Shown one piece after another: positions 28,672-37,768 of a DNA stretch of 60,105 bases. The notes under the pieces are model-generated. The model worked only from the letters and a program-made list of their open reading frames with translations. It ran no database searches and was not told where the DNA came from. Position numbers and translations under genes: made by a program. Every line of letters starts with the position of its first letter. Position 1 is the stretch's first letter. The DNA lies in IMG/VR virus record IMGVR_UViG_3300034027_000006, positions 1-60,105 of that record. The stretch is one strand, 5' to 3'. The DNA is from a virus (Duplodnaviria > Caudoviricetes).

Positions 28672-29295
28672 TTAAGTTGACTTGGTGATAGTTGCACCTA
28701 ACATTTGAGCAACATCAGCGGCGCGTCTCTTTAAGTGAGCATCGGCAGGGGTTTCTTTCGTGTTGTCTGGCGAAGCGCCCCCAGTGGGTACGCCTTCGGG
28801 TGTGCTGGGGCTTCCTGTAAAGAGCGCTCGTTCCCAAAACTGACCTTGCTCGATCGCATAGTCTTTTAATGGTTTACCCTCTACCGTTACATCCTTCTCG
28901 CCTACGGCTATTTTTGCGGTGTCTACAGACTTTAAAAGCTCGGCGAGCGCCTTTGGGTCGGCTCCCGATTTTTGTGAGGCACTAACAAGCAATAACTCCC
29001 GCTCTGAGGCAGCGGCCAAAGCTAGCGCCGCGTCTAATTTTGCCTGCATATCGGCGATCGTTGCGTCGCTCGCCTCAGCTTTTTTCTTGGCTTCCCCAGC
29101 GAAAATAACTAGATCCGTATCATCTCCGGCTATAGCTTTTAGGGCTTTTATGGTCTCCTCAGCCTTGACAAGATTAACGCGACGCTCTGCACTCTCAGAG
29201 TTTAATTTTGATATTAAGGTTGTAAGTTCGGCGACTTGATCTGCTGAATCTGGCGACTTTTCTAGAATTAGAGCTAGCAATTTTTTGTAATCCAT
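28672..29295 (-). CDS. Capsid scaffolding protein
   Basis: LNSESAERR coiled coil; G/P-rich C-terminal linker. Confidence 0.7.
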   Translation of the reverse strand: MDYKKLLALILEKSPDSADQVAELTTLISKLNSESAERRVNLVKAEETIKALKAIAGDDTDLVIFAGEAKKKAEASDATIADMQAKLDAALALAAASERELLLVSASQKSGADPKALAELLKSVDTAKIAVGEKDVTVEGKPLKDYAIEQGQFWERALFTGSPSTPEGVPTGGASPDNTKETPADAHLKRRAADVAQMLGATITKST

Positions 29296-29363
29296 AATCG
29301 ATCGATCCTGAGTAGAAATAATCGCATTCTAACACTAAGATCGATCAATTATAAGTAAAAAAA

Positions 29364-29802
29364 TCAAACCAGCCAAACAAGTAGCAACAGTATTAAAACA
29401 ACTACTGCAATCGGCATCGAAGCGAGACAGCGTAACCAAATATTAAATTTGAAACATTCCCAGTGAAGCACTGCTATCATTACCCACCCTGTTAAAATGT
29501 CGGCTCTGTGCCATTCTGTCCAGCCTGTCTTGGTTTTGTCTCTCAAAACATTTAAAGGTTTGTATCGCCGGAGCATCCGACGTTCTAACCAGCCACAATT
29601 TAAGCAGTGGACGCGAGCCATTTTTGTTAAAGGCCCGTAGGCTGCTTGTAAACGTCTAAACCGATAATCGGTGGGATTTTCAGTCAAACCGACTTTTACC
29701 ATGCCACCGTCGCGAACTAGGTAAACCCAGCCCGGACGGTTGTGATCGTCTTGATAAAAATGCCTTTCTCTGCTTGTTTTGCCTTACTATTGGTTTAATC
29801 AT
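29364..29802 (-). pseudogene. GIY-YIG/T5orf172-like protein with C-terminal TM helix, split by a frameshift
   Basis: PGWVYLVRDGGMVKVGLT...E...WTEW frame has no upstream start; ATG 29802 joins it if one base of the run at 29756-29760 is removed. Confidence 0.6.
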
Positions 29803-29834
29803 GTTCGCCTGCCGAATAGGTGGACTTGACAGCA

Positions 29835-30137
29835 TCAGCCGCGAGTTACAGCTTGCGGCTGTTGTGTTCTGCGTTTCAGGTACTTTAACACAGATCGATC
29901 ATATCCGATCGATCTTGCGTCTTTGACCTCTACTGCTTGTAGCAAAATACGAACTCGCAACACTCGCGCTAGTATTACCATCCGCAAAACTTCCGAATCA
30001 ACATCAAATCGCCGACCGTAGGTGATACAGGCTAATAGATAACCGCGATCCGTGCTTAAGTTAATCAAGCAGTCGAGGAGTGTATCGATCGATGTATTCT
30101 CATTCTCTAACGCTCTAACTGCTGGAATAATTGACAT
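29835..30137 (-). CDS. Hypothetical protein (start revised to 30137)
   Basis: TAATG coupling with the upstream gene. Confidence 0.55.
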   Translation of the reverse strand: MSIIPAVRALENENTSIDTLLDCLINLSTDRGYLLACITYGRRFDVDSEVLRMVILARVLRVRILLQAVEVKDARSIGYDRSVLKYLKRRTQQPQAVTRG

Positions 30138-30367
30138 TAGCTTTGTTGTGTTGTTTCGTTCTCGCTTGTACTTATCGTGTTTAGTTTGGTCGGAACCAAC
30201 AGCCCCGCCGTGATGCCACCTAAACCCGGAATCATGCCGCCTAGATTGCCCGTTGGTTTCTCGTTCCATAATGCCAGACAGTAATAAGCTGACATCATTA
30301 TGACGGCGACAGTAAAGCCGTAAACCGTAAACTTTACTGGATCTGTGTATGCTATTTTTTGGCTCAT
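30137..30367 (-). CDS. Small two-TM protein, holin candidate
   Basis: 76 aa with two hydrophobic segments. Confidence 0.5.
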   Translation of the reverse strand: MSQKIAYTDPVKFTVYGFTVAVIMMSAYYCLALWNEKPTGNLGGMIPGLGGITAGLLVPTKLNTISTSENETTQQS

Positions 30368-30371
30368 TGTT

Positions 30372-30698
30372 TTAGGTAAAATCTGTTGTGTTTGAGTTAT
30401 AATGTTCGAGAGTTTTTTGACTTAAATTAGACAAAGCGCTAGTCGGATAAAAGCGTCTGTTATCTCTCTCTTTAGGGTCTAGAGAAAGAAAGTTTTGCAT
30501 TTGTTTTATCTCCTCGGTCTGCACTTTTACTAACTCTAGTAAGTCACTGATTCGGGCATCTTGTGCGCGTTCTTTAGCATGGCTCGCCCTGATATTGAAA
30601 ACCAACAATTTAAAAAACTTGTAGATAATAGCTAATATGCCGAGCAACAGCGAGATAGCCGTCAGGATGCCGATTATCGTAGCCAGATCGATTTTCAC
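30372..30698 (-). CDS. Single-TM coiled-coil protein (lysis accessory candidate)
   Basis: N-terminal TM followed by heptads. Confidence 0.5.
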   Translation of the reverse strand: MKIDLATIIGILTAISLLLGILAIIYKFFKLLVFNIRASHAKERAQDARISDLLELVKVQTEEIKQMQNFLSLDPKERDNRRFYPTSALSNLSQKTLEHYNSNTTDFT

Positions 30699-30794
30699 TA
30701 AAAATACTAGAACGGGTTAACAGGCGGCTCGGTGGGTGCTTGTTATTCTATCTACATGGTAACGTAGTTCTATATCTCGAATCGGGTAAAACTT

Positions 30795-31475
30795 ATGGCT
30801 TTACAGGAAACTTTACAGAAACTAGAAATAGAGGCGATCGCAATTTGGGAGTTTTTGACAAATAAGCCGAGCTTGCCTTCGCAGCTAGAGCGCCTATATC
30901 TAAAGCCCTTGATCTACCTTGTCGGCTCTTTCCTAAATGCTCGTGCGGCAATAGTTGCAACGGCTAAACCCGGCATAATCAACGGTAGCAGTCAAGCTTA
31001 CCGCGATCGCGTCCTCGCCATCAGTTCCGATCTTGTCGATGCCTCAATAACAAACCCAAGCGGCAACAATATCACTATTCACTTACTGGCTAAAGCGGGG
31101 CAACCGTCTACAACGCTTTTAAACTTAGTCTTAACAACGATGCAAGCCGATCCGAATCGGCTGATCTGTGACACAATCGCGGTGCAACCCGCAAGCGCCG
31201 TCAATTACACGATAAACGCTGCTTTAACGCTTGATTTCACCGCAAACGAGCAAATCATACTCGCGGCGGCGACAGTAGCCTTAAATGAGTACACAGCCAA
31301 CAAGCAATCAACTCTAGGCGGTGATATTATCCGCACTGACTTGATCGACATTTTGCGAGATTTTGTCGAGATCAAGGATGTGATCTTAACAGCTCCAGCA
31401 ACAAATACAGTTATACCGCCGCAAAGCTACGGGGTTGCCACTTCAACAGTCTTAACTGTGTCTGGCAGATCTTAG
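30795..31475 (+). CDS. Baseplate J-like protein (short)
   Basis: GS..AYR...L, R.ICD.I.V..A..V.Y.I.A, LG.DI..T motifs. Confidence 0.8.
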   Translation: MALQETLQKLEIEAIAIWEFLTNKPSLPSQLERLYLKPLIYLVGSFLNARAAIVATAKPGIINGSSQAYRDRVLAISSDLVDASITNPSGNNITIHLLAKAGQPSTTLLNLVLTTMQADPNRLICDTIAVQPASAVNYTINAALTLDFTANEQIILAAATVALNEYTANKQSTLGGDIIRTDLIDILRDFVEIKDVILTAPATNTVIPPQSYGVATSTVLTVSGRS

Positions 31476-31526
31476 ATATCCCATTAACCGCAACCTAAGC
31501 CCCTCTAATAAACCGACTCTAAATCT

Positions 31527-33092
31527 ATGCCTATTAGCCTCGCTGATGCTTTAAAATTGCTGCCTAGCACCCTCCGAGATACACGCAGCGACAATTTTAT
31601 TAAAATTGTTTTTTGGATGTGTGCAGAAGCGGATCAAATCAATCCTTTAGAGATTCCGCCGTCACTTATCCCATATAAACTCGATCAATATGGGTTAGGT
31701 CAAATTGCCGGACTAGCCAGCCGCTTACCTCTGGCTAGTCAGCGTGTTTTATTGGGTGAGGCGAGCGAGCTTGTCAGGCTGGCGGGTACACCAAGATCTA
31801 TAAAAAGGGTTTTAGAATTGTTCGGCTATCCTAATGCGGTAATAGAGGAGAATCCGACAATAGACGGCGTTAAGCGCTGGGGAGAGTTTAGCGTTGTAAT
31901 GTCGCAAGCTTTCAGATATCAAGAGACTGAGGCGATAGTAAATGCACTTAAACCAGTCAGTCGGAAATTAATATCGATTCGCTTTGCAAATGCGATTTTA
32001 CTGAACGGCTCGCAACTTTTGAACGGCTCAACAATTCTAGAGGGTTTAGAAGGAATAGAGGACTCGCCCGCGCCGTGGTTTGACGTTGCAACCTCTTTTA
32101 TCCCAGTATCAGCACAATCGACAGTACCCGATCTATTGACAACTAATAACAACAATGCAAACCTAACTTTTAATCCTCAACTACAAGCGATCTTAAACAA
32201 TATTTACTTTAACGATCAATCGTTGATTGCTTTAACAAACAGAGTAAACGCACTTAATAGCCAAATAATCCAGATCGGCGGTGGCAGTATAGCCCCACAG
32301 TTGGCGGCAATAAATGCAGGGTTAGTTACTCTTTCAAATAGTAACGCGGCATTGGCTAATAGAATAGGAGCGCTAACAGGTTCAGTTAACAATCTAGCGA
32401 CCAAAGCTAACACGTTAGAGGCAGACACGGCGACCATTGTAACAGCGTCTAACGCTCGCGTTTTAGATGTGACTGTACAGCGCAAAAATGCAGATCTAAC
32501 AGCTATAGCAGATCTCGCAGGTAATGCACCCTTTCCTGCAAATAAAGTTATAGCCACCTCGACAGATAATGAGATTATCTTAGCCGACGCGCCAGCCTTC
32601 GGCGCGTTTGTGCCACAAGTTGCAAACCTAGAATTTAAGCAGCCAGCCGGATCGAATGCTGGGAACTACCCGACCGCCGACGTATGGGCGGCGATGCCGT
32701 TCTCTGTAATCTCCAATGATGACAACTTTCTCGCAACTGTCTCAGCATCCCGTTACACTTTGCCCGCAGGTACTTATTTTATTACTTACAATTGGCAGGG
32801 GTGCGGTTGCTTAGGGTTTGGCGGTCGGATTTTTAACCAGACGGCAGGCACTGTTATAGAGCAAGGATCGCCCGGTGTAACTGTGACGGGTGGCGGCAAT
32901 GTTGGCGACACTTGGGCGGCAGAAGGCTGTCTCTTGGCGGCGTTTACTCTGACGGCTAGCGCAAATATAGAATTTCAATTTAGGGCTAAGATACTGCATC
33001 CTGTCGGCGCTGCGTTGACCGCAGGACAAAGCACAACTAATGCAAATGAGCAGGTATATCAAGAGGTGGTAATAATTCGCATAGCCAACTAA
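31527..33092 (+). CDS. Baseplate wedge (GpI-like) fused to a fibre domain
   Basis: AGTP.SIK.VL...GY...LKP.SR N-terminus; coiled coil; LPAGTY beta head. Confidence 0.75.
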   Translation: MPISLADALKLLPSTLRDTRSDNFIKIVFWMCAEADQINPLEIPPSLIPYKLDQYGLGQIAGLASRLPLASQRVLLGEASELVRLAGTPRSIKRVLELFGYPNAVIEENPTIDGVKRWGEFSVVMSQAFRYQETEAIVNALKPVSRKLISIRFANAILLNGSQLLNGSTILEGLEGIEDSPAPWFDVATSFIPVSAQSTVPDLLTTNNNNANLTFNPQLQAILNNIYFNDQSLIALTNRVNALNSQIIQIGGGSIAPQLAAINAGLVTLSNSNAALANRIGALTGSVNNLATKANTLEADTATIVTASNARVLDVTVQRKNADLTAIADLAGNAPFPANKVIATSTDNEIILADAPAFGAFVPQVANLEFKQPAGSNAGNYPTADVWAAMPFSVISNDDNFLATVSASRYTLPAGTYFITYNWQGCGCLGFGGRIFNQTAGTVIEQGSPGVTVTGGGNVGDTWAAEGCLLAAFTLTASANIEFQFRAKILHPVGAALTAGQSTTNANEQVYQEVVIIRIAN

Positions 33093-33118
33093 AAACCCGC
33101 CTGTTATAGCGGGTTTTT
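33091..33118. terminator. Bidirectional terminator
   Basis: AAAAACCCGC...GCGGGTTTTT. Confidence 0.85.
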
Positions 33119-33136
33119 AGCTGAGAATCAAAAGGT

Positions 33137-33589
33137 TTAAACTTTTAGAGACTGCCTAAAATTTTCTATCAGTGAGCTATCAGCATAACGATCGGGAATC
33201 TCGCGGATCATATTCCAGCCGCTAAACGATTCGCCGTCATAGTAGAAAATCGGTTTTTGCCTGTACTTGGCGAAGGCTATTTCTTCCGTTGTAGATTCGC
33301 CATAATACAAGGTTTTATCAGTGACAACCACAATCGCATCGGCTTCTAAAATCTTGTGAAAATGCAGCCGTTTAACTAGACTGTAATCTTGGCTTATTGG
33401 TTCGACATCTTTATGGTAAGAATTAGCCCAACTACCACACATTAAAACGATCCAATTCTCAAAAGTCAAAGCCCTGTTAGCTTCCATACACTCGGGGAAA
33501 AAACGGGTAGGCCCGCAGAGCGTAACAATGCCAGATCCCTTCTGGAAATATGTCTGAGCCGATACATTTTGCATTTGTTCTATTCTCAA
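33137..33589 (-). CDS. Nucleoside 2-deoxyribosyltransferase-like fold protein
   Basis: TLCG.TRF...H..KI..ADAI.V....Y.GEST..EI.FA. Confidence 0.65.
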   Translation of the reverse strand: MRIEQMQNVSAQTYFQKGSGIVTLCGPTRFFPECMEANRALTFENWIVLMCGSWANSYHKDVEPISQDYSLVKRLHFHKILEADAIVVVTDKTLYYGESTTEEIAFAKYRQKPIFYYDGESFSGWNMIREIPDRYADSSLIENFRQSLKV

Positions 33590-33677
33590 GAAGTAAAAAG
33601 CGATCGCTCTGTTTGCGATGGCTCCCTACAATATACCCCATATCTGGGGTATATCTGGATTAGTTTGTAGATTTTCT

Positions 33678-35906
33678 CTACAGTATTGCCATAAGCTGAC
33701 GAGCTAGATCCGCTGCTGACTTGATATTTTTTAGGGTTTTTTTCTTACCCCTCATCACTATGTCGATGTTATCCTGCTTTAAGTGAATAACCCCGTCGAT
33801 CGCAGCATCGATCGCCCCGTATTGCAGCCAAGTAGCGAAAACAGGGTTTTTCTGGCCTAGTCGGTGCGCCCTGTCTTCGGCCTGCTCGGTATCGCCCGGA
33901 GTCCAGGGCCGATCGACGAGGATAACATCGCTAGCCGCTGTTAAAGTCAACCCTACCCCGCCAGCCTTGATCGTGCCGACGATCGCTTTGTGCTGACCGC
34001 TCTGGAAGCGATCGCACATCGCTTGTCTGTTTTCTGGCGGTGTCTCACCTGTCAGTAACTCAGCCCCCAACGCCTCGGCTATAAGCTTCGCGGACTCCAA
34101 AAACTCAGTGAAGACAATCACCTGCGAGCCGGCCTCTATTGTCTCACTGGCTAATTCTACCGCCGCCTCTGCCTTTGCCAACGATCCGACACGTCGCAAA
34201 ATATTAAGCGTCGCCAATGCTTCAGAGTTTGGATCTACTAATCCATCCTTAGCCCGCTGTCTGTAGTCTGCTACCAGGCGATCGATCTCTTGCTTGTAAT
34301 TCCTCGCGGTCGCATCGCTTATTTCTGCTTCTTTAAACAGGCGAGTTTTTTCGGGCAATTCTGGCAAGCAATCCGCTTTAGTTCGCTGCAAAATAGCGTC
34401 TTTAGTTGCCTCTGCTAACTCATTCAAGTGTGCAGATCCGCTAACATCCCAAACACTCCTACCCGCTTTGTTTATAGTTCGATATCCAGCATTACAAAAA
34501 TAACGCTCATAGTGCTTTTTATCGCGGGCTAGCGGGTGATCTACCGCTTCTAACAGTGGGAACAGATTAATCGGGCGACCATTCTTTATTGGCGTACCAG
34601 TCAAGGGCCAGACGGCGATACAGTTAGGATGCTTTGCTAGCTCTAAAAATGCGATTGTACACTGTGCCTTTGGGTTTTGGAACCTGTGGGCCTCATCTGC
34701 GATTAACAGATATTCGCGATGCTGTAGCGGTTTAAAAATCTTTTGGTGCGAGTTTGTTGTTATTTCAACCTCTACCTCTACAATTTCCGCAGTACGGGCC
34801 CACGTTTCTTGTAGACTGACCGGGGCAACAATCAAAACGGCACATCCTGTTTGTTGCTGTAACTTCTTAGCGGCTACTGCTGCGGTTAAGGTTTTGCCTA
34901 AACCCATCTGATCGGCGAGGATACCGCCTCGCATGATCCGACCTTTACCGTGAGAGATAAGCCACTCTACCCCGCGTTTTTGATACTCTCGCAAACTCCA
35001 GCCATTTTTGAACTGTCCATCTAGATCGCCAACTAGATCACCTATGGATTTAGCCACATCTAGCGCGGCCGCTTCTTGTTTGGCTATCTCTGCTAGGCGA
35101 TCGCTTTCAAGTGCTGCTATTACGCCAAAAATAGCCGGATCGTGATGATATGTCGGCTCTGGCCATTGCCTCAAAACCTTGCTGATTGTTTCGAGGTCAA
35201 GAGAAAACCGCCAGCTATCATCACCGCCGAGCTTTTTATAGTTAAAAGTCCCTTTGAATGTGCGAGCGATTAATTGAAATTGTCCGCTCACATCGTAAGG
35301 GGTAAACACTGCTAAGTTTTCGCCGCGTACTTCGATCCGACGCTGCGGAATACATAACTCGCCGTTTATGACTTTTTTAAATGTCACTTGATCGGGGTAG
35401 TGTTCGGCGATCTCTTCCCATTCTGGCAGGATTATGCCCGCTGGTTTTAGTTGCGTTCTTTTGTACTTCTGAAGCATTTTGTAAGCTCGCACCGCGTGAT
35501 TTTGCAACAGCGGATCGCCCGCTCGCAAGCGTTTAGCTAGCCATTTGCCAAAACCTGTATCGGAACCGTTAAAGCCTCGGCCGTCCTCTGTCTCGCAACC
35601 GTCGCACTGCGAGTCTAGATAAGCGATCGCTCGCTCAATAGTGCTAACAGCCTTGTTATTTGGTGCGACTTGCTCGACTTCGGTTATGGGTTTAAATTCT
35701 GCGATCGCCGCCGAGCCGATGACGCGCCGCAACCATGCCGACTTTTGCCCGCCGTCTGGTAAGTTTTCACCGATCAGCCGATGGATAGACTCTGGGAGTC
35801 TAACAGCAGTCATCGCCGAGGCTAAAGGTTCGTTAGGGCTGTCCACTGTCTTAAACTTGGTGTGCTGAATTTTTGCAGTCTGTGGGCGAGGCGTCTTGAG
35901 TGTCAT
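33678..35906 (-). CDS. SNF2-family helicase/ATPase with N-terminal ribbon-helix-helix
   Basis: LADQMGLGKT, DEAH, LTGTP, GVGLTL, QAEDRAHRLGQ. Confidence 0.92.
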   Translation of the reverse strand: MTLKTPRPQTAKIQHTKFKTVDSPNEPLASAMTAVRLPESIHRLIGENLPDGGQKSAWLRRVIGSAAIAEFKPITEVEQVAPNNKAVSTIERAIAYLDSQCDGCETEDGRGFNGSDTGFGKWLAKRLRAGDPLLQNHAVRAYKMLQKYKRTQLKPAGIILPEWEEIAEHYPDQVTFKKVINGELCIPQRRIEVRGENLAVFTPYDVSGQFQLIARTFKGTFNYKKLGGDDSWRFSLDLETISKVLRQWPEPTYHHDPAIFGVIAALESDRLAEIAKQEAAALDVAKSIGDLVGDLDGQFKNGWSLREYQKRGVEWLISHGKGRIMRGGILADQMGLGKTLTAAVAAKKLQQQTGCAVLIVAPVSLQETWARTAEIVEVEVEITTNSHQKIFKPLQHREYLLIADEAHRFQNPKAQCTIAFLELAKHPNCIAVWPLTGTPIKNGRPINLFPLLEAVDHPLARDKKHYERYFCNAGYRTINKAGRSVWDVSGSAHLNELAEATKDAILQRTKADCLPELPEKTRLFKEAEISDATARNYKQEIDRLVADYRQRAKDGLVDPNSEALATLNILRRVGSLAKAEAAVELASETIEAGSQVIVFTEFLESAKLIAEALGAELLTGETPPENRQAMCDRFQSGQHKAIVGTIKAGGVGLTLTAASDVILVDRPWTPGDTEQAEDRAHRLGQKNPVFATWLQYGAIDAAIDGVIHLKQDNIDIVMRGKKKTLKNIKSAADLARQLMAIL

Positions 35907-35994
35907 AATAAGATCGAAGAAACTGTCATTTTCTATTTACACTATACACTACCTGACCCTGATATCAGCGTGATATGGTGTAAATTTTTTAATT

Positions 35995-36999
35995 ATGCCA
36001 ATAACTCCGATCGCTAGCCCGACTTTTTTGATACCTCCAATGCTTGAGCGCGGGCAACTTGCAAGCGCTCCCACTTTTAACAATCTTGCTCAAATCGTAG
36101 TAAATAGCAACAGAAACACGGCTAACGCGATCGCCGCGCTCGAAACACAAATAGCCGCGCTCGAAAGTCGCATCGCCGCCGCCGCTCCAAACTCTCAGAC
36201 ACTGGTAAATAATGCAAATACTTTACGGTCTCAGGTTAACGCAGCGATCGGCAATAATGAAGGGAGCGACACAGCGCTCGATAGCATTCAAAATAACCTA
36301 ACAACCAACAATCAAAACGCAGATATTCAAGCGGCAAGAATATCACCTTTAAACAGCCTTATAGATGCTCTAACTATTGGCGGCGAGATCCAGGGTTTTT
36401 CTGATTTGTTAACACGTATTGCAGCCGCCACGCGAGTTAGCAGTCGCATCCTAGGAACCGATGCAAACAGTAATATAGTCTGGAGAACTCAAGGATCGGT
36501 GGGTTCAGGTGTCTTGTTAAAAATGGCTCTACTGAGTCGCAGATTGACAGATACAGGCAATGGCGGCGCGGCTACTTCCTTGCAAGCTTGGAATCCTATT
36601 TTATTAGACAATCCGACGTTTAATAATATTGGAATTATCTTTAATAACACCACTAAAGAATTCAACATCCCCGCTGGGGAATACATGGTTTTTGGGTTTA
36701 CTACAGGAGCGTCTAACGGTCTAAAATGTAGATTGCGAAACATAGGAAGCGGGGCGATCCTGCTAACCGGATCGCCAGCAAAAGGCACAACGGCGACGGC
36801 TGTTGTAGGCAGTGAACCTGTTAATTTTATAAGCAGAATGCTCGGCACTTTTTACACCAACACACTGATCACGGCTATTTTTGAGAGCTATTTCGACACT
36901 GCGGCCACCATCGCAGGAAACACTCGCAGCGCATCACCTAACCTATCAGGATACACCCCGCAACAATCAGCCCTCGCCTTTATCCGAGTTATTTACTAA
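35995..36999 (+). CDS. Tail fibre-like protein (paralogue 2)
   Basis: Coiled coil plus IPAGEY beta head, similar to the C-terminal part of 31527-33092. Confidence 0.65.
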   Translation: MPITPIASPTFLIPPMLERGQLASAPTFNNLAQIVVNSNRNTANAIAALETQIAALESRIAAAAPNSQTLVNNANTLRSQVNAAIGNNEGSDTALDSIQNNLTTNNQNADIQAARISPLNSLIDALTIGGEIQGFSDLLTRIAAATRVSSRILGTDANSNIVWRTQGSVGSGVLLKMALLSRRLTDTGNGGAATSLQAWNPILLDNPTFNNIGIIFNNTTKEFNIPAGEYMVFGFTTGASNGLKCRLRNIGSGAILLTGSPAKGTTATAVVGSEPVNFISRMLGTFYTNTLITAIFESYFDTAATIAGNTRSASPNLSGYTPQQSALAFIRVIY

Positions 37000-37377
37000 C
37001 TTCTCAGTCAAAGTTACTTTAACTTGTAGACCTGCCAATTCATAAAGATAGATAGACGCACCAGCCGTACCGATAACGATTGCTTTCTCGATGTTATCCC
37101 TAAACATCCATTCAAGTACAATATGTGCCGGGATAAGACTAATATAACGACAAAAAACAGCCTCGCCTGTTACAGCGTCTGTTATGGCTCCTGGTTTGCA
37201 GTGCCTCAAATCGTATTTACTACAACGGCGAGCAATCGTTTGAGGCGATCGCCCGCTTAGCTTAATGTAGCCGCTTTGCGTTGTGTAAGCTTGCCAATTC
37301 TTGCGATTTAACACCACCTCGGAACCGCCGGGGTTATATAACACAAAATCATTCATATATAGCCTTAAACGCTGCAA
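36967..37377 (-). CDS. KilA-N/antirepressor-like DNA-binding protein
   Basis: AYTTQSGYIKLSG....TI.RRC. Confidence 0.55.
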   Translation of the reverse strand: MQRLRLYMNDFVLYNPGGSEVVLNRKNWQAYTTQSGYIKLSGRSPQTIARRCSKYDLRHCKPGAITDAVTGEAVFCRYISLIPAHIVLEWMFRDNIEKAIVIGTAGASIYLYELAGLQVKVTLTEKLVNNSDKGEG

Positions 37378-37726
37378 TTAATTGAGCTATCTCGTCGGCT
37401 AATTCTGGGTTATCCTTTTTTATCCAGATTGCGACATCATCCATAGATATTAACAACGTCCGAAAAACACCGCGCCCGGTGTCTAATTGTATAGATCGCA
37501 TCGCATCCGACCAGCAAAAGGGCTTAGCGGTAATTTTGGATGACTTGGGGTTTTGACGTTTTTTTGCTATCATTCTCCGGCATCTTTGACGGATTGTGGC
37601 GTTAGCCTTACCAGTTAGCCGACAATAGCCCGCTATTGTGATATATTGCTCGCCTGTTTCTTCATCAAAAGCGATCTCGATTTCATTCTGTTTAACGTAA
37701 ATTAGTTTACCCATTGATTGATCCAA
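37349..37726 (-). CDS. KilA-N/antirepressor-like DNA-binding protein (tandem paralogue)
   Basis: ETGEQYITIAGYCRLTG....TI.QRC...WI.KDNP.LA. Confidence 0.6.
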   Translation of the reverse strand: MDQSMGKLIYVKQNEIEIAFDEETGEQYITIAGYCRLTGKANATIRQRCRRMIAKKRQNPKSSKITAKPFCWSDAMRSIQLDTGRGVFRTLLISMDDVAIWIKKDNPELADEIAQLIAAFKAIYE

Positions 37727-37768
37727 TTAATTGTTAGTTTATAATATAACAACTATTAGAGGTTTCCT

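Noticed and set aside
30138-30269. N-terminal extension of ORF 29835-30269
   Set aside because: It overlaps the holin-like gene; TAATG coupling supports a start at 30137.
11853-33092. Tailocin or extracellular contractile injection system
   Set aside because: Capsid, scaffold, portal and terminase genes are present, so this is a phage.
33631-33654. Perfect 10-bp inverted repeat ATATACCCCA/TGGGGTATAT
   Set aside because: Single occurrence after the helicase stop; most simply a terminator-like hairpin.
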